A stretch of DNA of 64,000 nucleotides, taken from positions 73,346,001 through 73,410,000 of the forward strand of contig OX597833.1 of NCBI GenBank assembly GCA_951406725.2, in the 5' to 3' direction. Below the pieces are notes generated by a model, which was not told the DNA's origin, made no database searches, and was given only the letters and a program-made list of their open reading frames with translations. This document shows, in pieces, positions 26,052 to 38,355 of the stretch (position 1 is its first letter; every line of letters starts with the position of its first letter). A program made the position numbers and the translations under genes. This DNA comes from Octopus vulgaris (taxonomy: Eukaryota).

Positions 26052-28689
26052 AGGCAAGTTTGAAGATTGCCTCACAAGAATTAAAGAAACCCTCATGAAT
26101 CTGGAACACCACGTGACCATATTTCTTATGGGTGATTTCAACTTCCCCAACGTCAAATGGCCCGAAGGTCACATACTCTCAGGAATGAATCATTGAAAGC
26201 AAGTACAGGTGGAGTCCCTGCTCGACCTCACCAATCCCTTATTCATGGAGCAAGTTGTACTCAAGCCAACTAGGGCGAATAACATTCTGGATCTCTGCCT
26301 CACGAACAATATGGACATCATTCATGATGTGAAAGTGACACCGACATCAGTTTCGGATCACAACATAATAGAGCTGTCTATGTTTGGGCCGAAAGTAACC
26401 AGAGACATACAGCCTAAAGGAAGTACCCGAAATCTCTCCAATCTGAACTTCCACAAAGCAGATTGGAAATCGATCCAAAAAGAGATCCTCAGAGAGGACT
26501 GGCCGGAATGTCTCTCCACACCAGACATTGACATGAAACTAGAATGTTTCATGTCTTCTGTGCAAGCCATATGCCAGAAATATGTCCCCGAGCACAAGGC
26601 CAAAACAACTAGGAGCAAGATTCCAAGAGACAGGAAGATCCTCATGAGACGACGGACGAAGGTTGCAAATCGTCTCAACCAACATCCCAAAAGTAGCGAA
26701 ACGTCTCGCCTAAAAGCAACACTGATGGAGATCGAAAAAAGGCTGCAACAATCCTATGTGAAGGAGAAAGCAGACAAAGAAGCCTGGGTTATAAAAAACA
26801 TTAAATCAAACCCAAAGGCCTTCTTTCATTACGCGAACGAAACAGTCTCAGTGCACTACAAGATAGGATCCCTACTCCAAAAGGATGGCTCCCTCACAGA
26901 CAGTCCAACTATGATCAGTGAGATGCTGAATGACCAGTTCAAAAGTGTCTTTACCACCCCGTTGGAACACAGACAAGTGAACGAACCAGTGGACTTCTTT
27001 GCCGCCTCACCTATAACCAGCGAGGCGGTTACAATAGAATGTATTGACATTAGCGAAAAAGATGTCCTACTAGCCATAGATGAAGTGGACACAAACTCAG
27101 CTGCTGGTCCAGATGGTTTCTCAGCCATCCTCCTCAAAGCGTGTAAGCATGCCCTGGCAAAACCCCTCAAGATTTTATTCCAGAGCTTTCTGGCGAATGG
27201 CAAACTGCCAAGCAAGCTGAAGGAGGGAATAATATGCCCAATACATAAAGGGGTAGTAGAGCAGATGCCAAAAACTATAGGCCTATCTCTCTGACTTCAC
27301 ACATCAGCAAAGTCATGGAACGGATTGTTAGAAAGAAACTAATCGCATTCCTTGAGGAAAATAACTTGCTGAGTGATACCCAGCATGGTTTTCGAGCAGG
27401 TAGGAGCTGCCTGACCCAGCTCTTACAGCATTATGACTGGGTGTTGAGGCAGTTACTCAACAAATCAAATGTGGACGTAATCTACCTTGATTTTGCAATA
27501 GCTTTTGACAAGGTGGATCATGGTATGATATGCCACAAACGACGTGACCTCGGTATAGCTGGAAAACTTGGAGTGTGGTTGCATGACTTCCTGAAAGATA
27601 GGAGTCAGACAGTAGTGGTTAATGGAGCCACCTATATGAACACACAAATAGTGAGCGGTGTTCCACAGGGCACTGTCTTGGGACCACTGCTTTTTATAGT
27701 GGCCCTCTCAGATATGCCCTCAATGCCCGGATAGCTACTCTGGCCAGCTATGCAGACGATACGAAAGTCTCGCAGAAAATACAGAACCCCAGCGATGTTG
27801 CACACCTGCAGCAGGAGTTGGACTCAATCTACAGATGGGCTGAGGATAATAATATGCAGTTTAATGCTGAAAAATTCCAGGCCCTGCGCTACCAGCATCC
27901 AAAACTGAATATTAAACTTACAGAATACACCGGTCCACAGGGAATTTCAATCCCAGAGCCTAAGTGCACACATTGACCAGGATGGCGACAAAGTGCAGAC
28001 GACTGGCTGGGTGGATCCTAAGAACATTCAGAACCAGAGATAAAGAAACCATGATGGTCCTCTGACGGACATTCGTCCTCAGTCGCCTAGATTACTGCTC
28101 ACAGCTATGGTCACCCACCAGTATAAAATTAACAGCGGACCTTGAAGCAATCCAGAGAAGATTCACAAAGAAGATCATCTCTTTGCAACAGCTCAGCTAC
28201 TGGGAAAGGTTGAAACAGCTAAGATTCTACTCCCTGGAGAGAAGACGGGAGAGGTATGCAGTAATATATGTCTGGAAGATCCTGGACAGAATTGTGCCAA
28301 ATTTTGGCATTGTAAGCTACACCAATGCTAGAACGGGACGACACTGCATAGTGCCAAACATCCCAGCAATGCCATCACGCTTCAGGACCAGCTTCTGCAA
28401 CAGTCTGGGTTTCAAGGGCCCACAGCTTTTTAATATTCTCCCAAAGAGTCTGAGGAACTTGCACAAAGTAGATGTAGCGGTTTTTAAATCAAAGCTGGAC
28501 ATCTTCCTGTCAAGAGTCCCAGATGAACCTACCTCACGGCAAGAGGTGCAAATGAGAGTAGCTATATCAAACTCCATTCTTCACCAAGTGCCACATATTA
28601 GACGAGGTTCGTCGTAATAACAGTGTAGCACAAAACGGCGGTGTAACAGCATGGCCGCAGCTCTGAGCTGAAACTAGAAAAAAAAAAAT
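26052..28689 (+). mobile_element. CR1/L2-group LINE, 5'-truncated (EN remnant plus RT), with stops and frameshifts
   Basis: [69 protein letters not shown] and SLERRRER motifs. 3' end ggcggtgtaacagcatggccgcagctctgagctgaaac plus poly-A. Confidence 0.93.
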
Positions 28690-28878
28690 ATATATATAAA
28701 TATATACCTTCGAAACACGCATGGAGTCGAACGAGGGACAGCTGATGAAGGGGAATATTCCTTGTATTGTTTGTCTTGTACTCTGGTTTTTCGTTGTTAA
28801 AAAAAGTCCGTTTCCATGTTTGTTTTTATGTTTTCGTTTCTCGTTGAGTTCTACGTCTATTTGTGGTGTCCTGTACTA

Positions 28879-28963
<85 letters not shown>

Positions 28964-29034
28964 TATATACATGTAGATGTAGTTACGTACATATATGTAT
29001 GTACGTATGTATGTATGCATATATTTTATTTATT

Positions 29035-29088
<54 letters not shown>

Positions 29089-29089
<1 letters not shown>

Positions 29090-29247
29090 TTTATTTTAAA
29101 CAGCAGAAAATTCAACAAAATCTGTTTTGTTGAATTTTCTGCTGCTTAAAATAAAGCATATTACGCTACCACTGGTATTTGAGTACTCTTTTTTCCACCT
29201 TGTTTCACATTTATGTGTTTACTCCGATATACATATATATATATGCA
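29089..29247. mobile_element. Collapsed fold-back element, same family as 36655-36878 but lacking the ribozyme
   Basis: 32-bp arms 29089-29120 / 29125-29156 around a tctg loop. The tail matches the reverse complement of 36655-36726. Confidence 0.8.
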
Positions 29248-29837
29248 TATGTAAATATACACATGTGTATGCAGTGGAATATATAGTCAGTACAAGGTGT
29301 TGGTGTGGCTGCGTGTATATTATTACAAGAGTTCATAGAAAGATGAAAGAATAAATTGAAGATCTATTTATTTACTACATAAAACTATATTTTATTCTAC
29401 TTTCGATGATGATACAAGGAATAAAATTATAGAATTTAGTTAAATGAAGTAATCTATGCAAGAAAGTTCAGAGATAAGCAATCTACAATAACAGCCAAGT
29501 GGTGGCTTTCTTTATGTCTGCTATAAGGCACAGAGAAATAGACGGACATAGTCAATTAGACTTAGAGCCATCCACGTCGTTGCTAAGACGCGGAAAGCTG
29601 AGTTAGCAAGCTGTTTTTATTAATGGAGCGCTAGACATTCAAGAAACTTCCAAGAGAAACGCTAGGCTTCTTGAATAAATAAGAATCACGTTTCGTGACA
29701 ACGTTGCTTCGTGACAACGATGCTTCGAGAAACTTAGAAAAGGGAGGTTACTCTATGATCTTTCTTGCAAGGGAGATCATTCAGCTATCTAGCTACGTCG
29801 CTACACATACATAGGCGCCGGTTTGGGTTGTGTGGAT

Positions 29838-29994
29838 AGGAGCAGGCATAGCTTGTGATAAGCTTACTTCCCAACCACATGGTTCTAGGTTCAATACCAC
29901 TGTGTGGCACCCTGGGCAAGTGTCTTCTACTATAGCTTCGGGCTGACCAAGGCTTTGTGAGTGGATTTGGTAGAAGGAAACTAAAAGAAGCTCG

Positions 29995-30052
<58 letters not shown>

Positions 30053-30238
30053 CTCCCAACATCGCTTGAAAACCGATATTGGTGTGTTTACGTACCTGTA
30101 ACTTAGAAGTTCGGCAAAGAGACCGATAGAATAAGTACTAGGCTTACAAAAAATATGTCCTGGGGTCGATTCGTTCGACTAAAGGCGGTGCTCCAGCATG
30201 ACCGCAGTCAAATGACTGAATCAAGTAAACGAAAAGAA
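29838..30238 (+). mobile_element. SINE family A, full length
   Basis: Head, CORE-like segment, internal (TA)(TG) tract and tail ggcggtgctccagcatgaccgcagtcaaatgactgaatc. Confidence 0.9.
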
Positions 30239-30471
30239 TAGATACCCATATGCATCGTGATACTGTGGACATTGTCTTGGGTGAGGAACTCGGCGTTTAA
30301 ATTTAAATTCGTCTGAGCACTGTTTTTTATATTGAGCTTATCTAACTCCCAGCTACTGTCTACACAGACGCACGCACACGCACATACACACATATGCATG
30401 CATGTACGCACGCACGCACGTACACATGCACACACACACGTACACACACACACCACACAAACACACACATA

Positions 30472-30502
<31 letters not shown>

Positions 30503-31086
30503 GTATATGTAATTATATTTGCAGACAAACACATAGGATACGTCTTAAGCAGTTTTACAATCTCCATGGATTTGAATTCTCTTCTTTATTAGAATAAAAT
30601 TTATAGTTTCGAAGATAATTCTCCAAAGCAAGTTTTCTTTTCAATTTTAGTAAAACATTGAATTTTTTTTTTATACCCGAACTCAAACCATACGTTCGAA
30701 TTCGTTTTGTTAAAAAAAACAAACAAACAGAAAGCGGTCTGTAATTATTGTAAAAATACGTTTACTAAGCATTGGATTTCAATTTCTTAATTTTTTTTAA
30801 GTGTATTTTTTTTTTTTAATTTAGTCTCAAACACTAGAAGCCTTCGAAAAATTAAAGACATTTACTTTGTTGAAGCGTGGCATGTCATTTTACTCCAGCT
30901 CAATATTTTTGGTGCCTCGTTTCTCTCTCTAAAAACGGTCTTCGGCAATTTCATAATTCATCTATTAGAAATTAAGAATCTCAGATTTGTAAAAATATTT
31001 AGTTGTATCTCAGGAGGCTCATTATGTCAACGATAAACACATGCACTGGTTCCATTTCACTCCTTCATTATTTATTTCCCAGTTAA

Positions 31087-31400
31087 GGCGGAGAGCTGCT
31101 GGCAGAATCGTTAGCACGCTGGACGAAATGCTTAGCGGTATTTCGGCTGCCGTTACGTTGTGAGTTCAAATTCCGCCGAGGTCGACTTTGCCTTTCATCC
31201 TTTCGGGGTCGATAAATTAAGTACCAGTTACGCACTGGGGTCGATGTAATCGACTTAATACCTATGTCTGTCCTTGTTTGTCCCCTCTATGTTTAGCCCC
31301 TTGTGGGTAATAAAGAAATAGGTATTTCGCCTGTCGTTACATTCTGAGTTCAAATTCCGTCGAGGTTTACTTTGCTTTTCATCCTCTCGGGGTCGATAAA
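31087..31400 (+). mobile_element. SINE family B
   Basis: Collinear with 23990-24390. Confidence 0.88.
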
Positions 31401-32099
31401 GTTGTGGCAAACAATTCGAAATAATTATTTCTTCCTCAGTTGGTTTACTACTTCACTAACTAATCGATCATTCGATTAATAGTTCGGTCAATAATCAATT
31501 GATTTGTCAAAATGCTTTTGTTGCCAATCGCGACCTCATCAATAACATGCCCTCTCTCTTTCTGGTCTGCCTTCCTATCCCTAATTTCTAGCAGGTTCTA
31601 TATTAATATTGTATGGTTGTGAGTGAGAACGTACGTGAGAGGAGAACGGAAAGTTTTAAAAAATGATCTATTATGTTCTTTAAAAAAAAATTTGTAGCGA
31701 GTTTGAATCCAAAGGATTATAAACGTATTCATCTAATAATTACATGGATAAAGAATACGTATGTCTTGTAACAGTTAATCTGCAGAATAATGAAAATAAA
31801 GCATATTCGATAAAGAGGGTATGATTGTATTGTAGAATTTCATCTTCTCAAGATATAAATTGCTCGTTTCAATTTAATAAGGATGAAATTGCAATTACAA
31901 ATTTATACACAACTAATGCAAACGATACACGTGTATAATACAGAGATGCATACATACACACGCACATACATACACACGCATACATACATACACATACATA
32001 CATACATGCATGCGTACATACATTATATTATATTTCCTTTACATATATGTATACACACACACTCACACACACACACGCGCACACACACTCAGAGTTCAA

Positions 32100-32740
32100 A
32101 TTTACAGAAAACAAAAGACGAAGACAGGTATAATAGTTTGATGTTCGAAAGAATGGAAGTCTTTGACGTTTCGAGCTAGAGAACGAAAAACGGAGAAAAA
32201 AGGCAAATGTGAATGGATTACCAGTTTAACATGATGAAATCATTGGAATAAAGGGGCTGAATGTAGGGGGGATAATAATAGGGATCTGGCTAAACAGGGT
32301 TGATCAAGTGTGCGCGCGAGAGAGTATGCGTGTGTGCGCGCGCGAGTATGCGTGTGTGCAAACGCTTGTGTGTAGTAGTTAATGTATGCTTGTTCGAGAA
32401 GTGTGTGTGATCCTATAGTGTGCGTATGTATCGTGTATGTTTTTATGAGTGCATGATGGTGTGGAATGTGGGTACTGAGTTGAATAGTGTGTATGGATGT
32501 TTATATAATGGTGTATTCGCTGTGGTTACCGAGTTAAGCCGTGTGCAGCTGCGGGGGTGGAGAAGGAGGATCAGCTAAAGGTGGAATATGCGTGTGAATG
32601 TGTGTAGGTTTGGCTTCAGTTGAAGAGAGGTGATGAAGTAAGACCATAAGGAGCAAAAAAATGGAGAAAATCAATTCTTGTTCTCGGTGGAGGCGGGAGT
32701 CCGAGTGGCCTCTGTGCAAAGACACTTCGAACTCAGATGT
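32100..32740 (-). mobile_element. Penelope-like element 3' end relic
   Basis: Minus strand SRLHREQELIFS...(frameshift)APYGL resembles the GIY-YIG C-terminus. Downstream is a half hammerhead gctcgaaacgtcaaag (~32160-32176) and a tail caaaagacgaagacagg shared with 46500. Confidence 0.55.
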
Positions 32741-33218
32741 TGTAGAGAATGGCTGGCTGAGAGGAAATTATACATATATTTATATTATATATCGCTGTTA
32801 TATATATTTTTGATTACATACTGTTACTATCTCAATGAATATCCTTTAAGTTCACTATTTAGATTCGTCTTTTCACTTAACAACACATTTCCTTCACTTA
32901 CCTCTTCGTTCAAACTCTATATTTCATCTTTCATTGAACTTTGCTTTTCTTTCTCTTTTCAACACAAACTTTCCTCTGCATATCTACGATCACGTTTCTG
33001 ACTCTTTATTTCATATCTCATTTCAGTTCATTTCATCTTTCCTCTGCATATCTGCGATGTCGTTTCAGACTTTATTTCAATTTTGCTTGAACTTACCTAT
33101 CCGTTCTCTTTCCGGCACAAACTTTCTTTTACTATCCACAGCGTATCTACGATCGTTTGAACTGACTACCTCTCTCATTATCGTCAACACTTACGCTCGC
33201 TCTCGTTCACTCTTTCAT

Positions 33219-33286
<68 letters not shown>

Positions 33287-33300
33287 ATCTCTGCAAGGTT

Positions 33301-33610
33301 AGGAATGTAGTGTATAGCTTACGATGTACTGAGGGACGGTGCAGAAGCATGACAACTATCTATATTGGAGAGACTGCACGCAGCATAGGAGAGCGTGTAT
33401 GTGACCATTGGTGAGAGCGCAAAGAAGGAAAAAGCTCGTCAGTACTCAACCAACGTGCTCAGGCAGAACACGGATGCTCGATTAATAGCATAGAGGTTAA
33501 GGTATTAACGCCACATGGAACTGACATGACACTTAGACATATCACAGAGGCTACACACATAGCAGTAGACAGACCGAGCCTCAATAGAAATCACGAATGG
33601 AACAGTAACA
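33301..33610 (+). pseudogene. GIY-YIG endonuclease domain of a Penelope-like element (one internal stop)
   Basis: RNVVYSLRCTEGRCRSMTTIYIGETARSIGERVCDHW*...EH...TLRHITEATHIAVDRPSLNR has the VVY..C..C..YIGET.R...R..H and R...EA..I....P.LN signatures. Not in the ORF track. Confidence 0.85.
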
Positions 33611-34554
33611 TCGACCACCACACCACATGACTAAAGGCAGAAGAGATGAGAAGAGATAAGCAAAAACTATAAAAAATCGTAAATGATACACAAAAACATA
33701 CAGGACAGTACACAATAGATATATATGCACTTACCTGTGATACTTATGAGAAATAAAGGTAGACGTATATATAAAAAATAAATATGTAAATAGATAAATA
33801 AACAAATATATAAATATATTTGTCACATACCTGGGATAAATATAAGATATAGAGATAGATAAAATAAACAAATAAATCTATATAAAAGGCATGGACACCT
33901 ACAACATACAAAGCGAACCCATACACACACACAAACACACAGAAGAAATTTCACGGACAGCCACAACAATGTCAACAACATGATTAACGACAGCGGCGGT
34001 GACAACGATGGCAATAACAACAACAACAACAACTACGAGCACGATGGCAACACTGTGGGTGAACACACACGGGTCATAGGACAGCAGCAGCAGCACAAGT
34101 GAGTGAGAGGATGGGGATGCTGAGGAGAAGTCCACACTGCTGCTAAGGACTATGACACACACATATATATACACACACGCAAGCACAAACACATAAATGC
34201 ATGCGCATATAAGGATACACACCTTAGAACAGAATGGAGTAAGTAGAGCAAGAACAGACACGAAAACAGTGTCGCTGAAGAGGTCACAGATGTGTGACGA
34301 AAGATTTCCGGACAATGGACATGAGTTAGAATATTAAAATAATATTAAGCGAGTGAAGAAAAAAATATATAGTGCGTGTGTTTATTTGCCCTCCCCGCCC
34401 AAATGACCATTCTGAAATACAACAATAAGAGGTATTGGTATCCAGAAGACCCAAGATGGGACTGAAGTTAGACGAATGAGGAGTCTATTGAAGGTCTTGT
34501 GTGAGCATGTATATGGTTTTGTTGTCTCATTTCAATTAACACACACACACACTC

Positions 34555-34605
<51 letters not shown>

Positions 34606-34608
<3 letters not shown>

Positions 34609-35027
34609 TCTTTACTCTTTTACTCTTTTACTTGTTTCAGTCATTTGACTGCGGCCATGCTGGAGCACTGCCTTTAGTCGAGCAAATCGACCCCGGGACT
34701 TATTCTTTGTAAGCCCAGTACTTATTCTATCGGTCTCTTTTGCCGATCTGCTAAGTGACGGGGACGTAAACACACCAGCATCGGTTGTCAAGCAATGCTA
34801 GGGGGACAAACACACACACACAAACACACACACATACACATATATACATATATATACATATATACGACAGGCTTCTTTCAGTTTCCGTCTACCAAATCCA
34901 CTCACAAGGCATTGGTCGGCCCGGGGCTATAGCAGAAGACACTTGCCCAAGATGCCACGCAGTGGACTGAACCCGGAACCATGTGGTTGGTAAGCAAGCT
35001 ACTTACCACACAGCCACTCCTGCGCCT
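34606..35027 (-). mobile_element. SINE family A, full length, young-looking
   Basis: Collinear with the 10993 and 52822 copies. Confidence 0.92.
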
Positions 35028-35095
35028 ATATATATATATATTTAGTGTAGGAAGAAATGGAGCTGAACGAAGACTTAACAAAATTCCTTTTTATT

Positions 35096-35181
35096 ATTTT
35101 CTACATATGTTTCAAAGGCTGCAAAGTCCCTAATTCGGATTGAATAAGGAGACCATTTTGCAGCCTTCTCTTCAGGAAAAT
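35096..35181 (-). ncRNA. Type I hammerhead ribozyme (mirror copy)
   Basis: The reverse complement gives attttc-CTGAAGA-gaaggctgcaaa...tttgcagccttt-GAAAC-atat-GTA-gaaaat. Confidence 0.85.
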
Positions 35182-35277
35182 CCAGGAACTTAATTCTCCA
35201 ACAAAATGCACAGCAAGCTTTTCGACAAACGCTCACGAGGAGCCCATGTGCATTTTGTTAGAGAATTAAGTTCCTGG

Positions 35278-35363
35278 ATTTTCCTGAAGAGAAGGCTGCA
35301 AAATGGACTCCTTATTCAATCCGAATTAGGGACTTTGCAGCCTTTGAAACATATGTAGAAAAT
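35278..35363 (+). ncRNA. Type I hammerhead ribozyme, intact core, 12-bp stem II
   Basis: attttc-CTGAAGA-gaaggctgcaaa...tttgcagccttt-GAAAC-atat-GTA-gaaaat. Predicted cleavage after 35357. Confidence 0.88.
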
Positions 35364-35567
35364 AATAAAAAGGAATTTTGTTAAGTCTTCGTTCAGCTCC
35401 ATTTCTTCCTACACTAAATATATAAAACTTCAAATTTCTGCACTAAGGCACGGATTTTAGACCCCATGGTCGTAACCTCAACCGTGCTTTTTCTGTTGTG
35501 ATTTTTGCTACCCAGGTATCGGTTTTCATTTGAATAATCCGTAATAAGATAATTCATTTATCTACTT

Positions 35568-35607
<40 letters not shown>

Positions 35608-35904
35608 ATATAATATAATATAATACAATTATGGTCCTGCAAAGCACCAGCTTCGCTACAAATAGGTTCGAATGAACCTCTAAACTATATAGAGCTCACT
35701 TAAAACAAGCATGGTAAAAGGCGAGTGGCGAATGGAAATTATGGGTCTTACCGCTATGGATATCGCAAAAAGAATGGCGGATATTTTAGAATCGATTTCT
35801 TGACTTGGCCAGGGGGCGCTTGTCCTTCAGCCAAGTCTACTGCAAACGAAGCGAAAATTTAAAAAATATTCACCTCACCATACTTGTTTGTTCGTGTGGA
35901 GTGT

Positions 35905-35971
<67 letters not shown>

Positions 35972-36654
35972 CGTGTGTATCATATGCTCCGCCTGCATCT
36001 ATATCTTCTACTTTTATTGTTCCTCTTTCGACATTCCGTTATGTCACTTGCATTTTTTTACTTTTAATTTAATTTTATTTTATCTTTATTTTTATTATTC
36101 ATAATCATTTCTTTCTTGCCAATCTTAATAGCATGCAGATAATTAACGTGCCATTTTGTCTCCTTATCTGTATACGGGCTTAATTACCCCAAAATTCTTG
36201 AATCTCCTACGAACGGATGAGGTTTTTTCTTTCTTTTTTTCCTTTTTTTCTTCTCTTTCTATCCCTTGAAGATGTTTGTAAATTTATTACCACGTATATT
36301 TGTCATCAAAATAGTATTCCCTATTCACTCCCTCAGCTCATTCTTATGCGTATCCATCCTTTTGGTCCCCTTCAGCATTCCTGTCACAACCTGGGAGCTA
36401 AAATGCAAGAAAGTATACTTATCCCTTAATATTTGATATTCAATTTTTCATCTATTCAATAAGACAATCAATACTTCATTTCATTTTACTATATCTGTTT
36501 TATTTATACTATATATTCTATATTCTACATTAATATTATAAAGAATATAAATAAAACATAAAAAACAGACAGAGTTGGAATTCCTTTGAATAATATATAT
36601 CCCTCTATACACAATCATACAAACCCCTTTATATATATATATATTATATATATA

Positions 36655-36873
36655 CCGGAATAAGCATATAAATATGAAACAAGGTGGAAAAAAAGTAGTC
36701 AAATACCAGAGGTAGAGTAATATGCTTTATTTAAAAGCAGCAGAAATTTAACAAAAGCTGTTACTCAGAGTTTCACGTTCCCGTTCATCGGACAGTTTTA
36801 TTAACAAAGCTGTCCGACGAACGGGAACGTAAAACTCTGAGTAAGAGCTTTTGTTATATTTCTGCTGCTTTTA

Positions 36874-36878
<5 letters not shown>
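36655..36878. mobile_element. Fold-back element with minimal variant hammerheads
   Basis: Arms 36727-36799 / 36806-36878 and a one-sided tail 36655-36726. Confidence 0.8.
36758..36795 (-). ncRNA. Minimal hammerhead with CCGAUGA core variant
   Basis: The reverse complement gives ctgt-CCGATGA-acg-ggaa-cgt-GAAA-ctctga-GTA-acag. The plus-strand mirror (36810-36847) is damaged (GAAA>AAAA). Confidence 0.7.
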
Positions 36879-36928
<50 letters not shown>

Positions 36929-37854
36929 ATAAATCTTCAGGTTTTTTTATTATGCTAGACGTCTAGTTTAAATTGATGTTGATTGATATCAGTTTCTACA
37001 CTCATTATTTAATTTAATTATATATATATTCTTTTCTACTCTAGGAACAAAGCCCAACATTTTTGGGGAGGGGACCTTCCCAAGTTAAATTTCTGATCTT
37101 ATAAAGTTATGAAAGCTTCCCTTTTAGCTAAATATCAATTATATTTAGCCTAACATTGATTTTATTTCATTTGGCAAAGAATTTCGCCTCATCATCAATG
37201 TTATATTTTCTATGCTGTGAGGTCACAATAAGGAAATAACCTAAGATGTACATAGTTATTGATTTCTTACAGGTTATTTACCTAATTAGAAAATAAGAAC
37301 AGCGTCTTAAAGTGTTTGAAGTTTGTTATATTTTAGCTTAACTTGGAAACGTTTATAGTACTTATGGAATTTAATGTCAGCTACTACAACTAAACGATCG
37401 GATTCAAAAGAGGCTAAAACTTTCACACTGTAGGTATTTATGTGTCTTTAAGTCATAGATTTTCGTAGCAGTGGATCTTTGCTCAGCACTAAATTATAAA
37501 GTCAAAGCCTTCAATCGCAGGCCACTTGGATTACTTTAAGAATATACCTATACCACCTATTAACCTATATATTAAAGTGCTTCTTGAGAAAGCCGAAGAC
37601 TTGGTGAGATGCATGCAATAGAAACTTTTTAGAGGCATGAAACATATAGTAGCTTGCATTTAAATCATGTATGTATTAAACATGTCTCTTACTGAATGCT
37701 GAATGGACTGGAGCAATGTGAAATCAAGTGTTTTGCTCCGGAACACAATACATTGCCCGGTTTAGGAATGGAAACCATAACCATGGATCCAACACTCTAG
37801 CCACGTACCCCAATTTTGTATATATATATATATATATATAAATCTAGTAAATTC

Positions 37855-38020
37855 AAAAAAGAACACAAAATGAACACCCGAGGACGTGGTTCATGTAAAG
37901 TATTAGCAAACGCTCAGGGAAGGAAAAGAAAGATGGTTTAACATTTCGAGCAGACGCTCTTCTTTGGAAACGGAGGAAAGTCCAGTAGAAGGGAAGACGG
38001 AAAAGAAAATCGCCAATGAT
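37855..38020 (-). mobile_element. Penelope-like pLTR fragment with degenerate minimal hammerhead (37936-37971)
   Basis: The reverse complement gives gttt-CCAAAGA-a-gagc/gctc-GAAAT-GTT-aaac. Flanks are homologous to 46140-46325. Confidence 0.6.
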
Positions 38021-38029
38021 ATATGGGGG

Positions 38030-38073
<44 letters not shown>

Positions 38074-38104
38074 CTGTGTGCATGCGTGTGTGTGTGTCCG
38101 TGTG

Positions 38105-38235
38105 GCCCTGAGGGAAGAAGTTTGCTTTTCAACCATATGGTACCGGGTTCAGTCCTACTTCGTGGTACATTAGCCTCGGTTTGACCAAAGCCTTGTGAGT
38201 TGATTTCATTGATGGAAGCTGAAACAATCCTGAAG
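38105..38235 (+). mobile_element. SINE family A, degenerate 5' fragment
   Basis: aaccatatggtaccgggttcagtcc...gaccaaagccttgtgag. Confidence 0.7.
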
Positions 38236-38242
38236 TATATAT

Positions 38243-38355
<113 letters not shown>

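Larger units (their letters stand above)
35035..35570. mobile_element. Fold-back hammerhead element, near-perfect ~178-bp arms
   Basis: Arms 35035-35212 / 35247-35424 with two mismatches seen, a 34-nt spacer, and a tail 35425-35570. Flanked by (TA)n. Confidence 0.88.

Noticed and set aside
28707-28760. GAAAC preceding CTGATGA, a possible permuted (type II) hammerhead
   Set aside because: Stem II could form (cctt/aagg) but stems I and III do not pair convincingly. Probably a rearranged repeat fragment.
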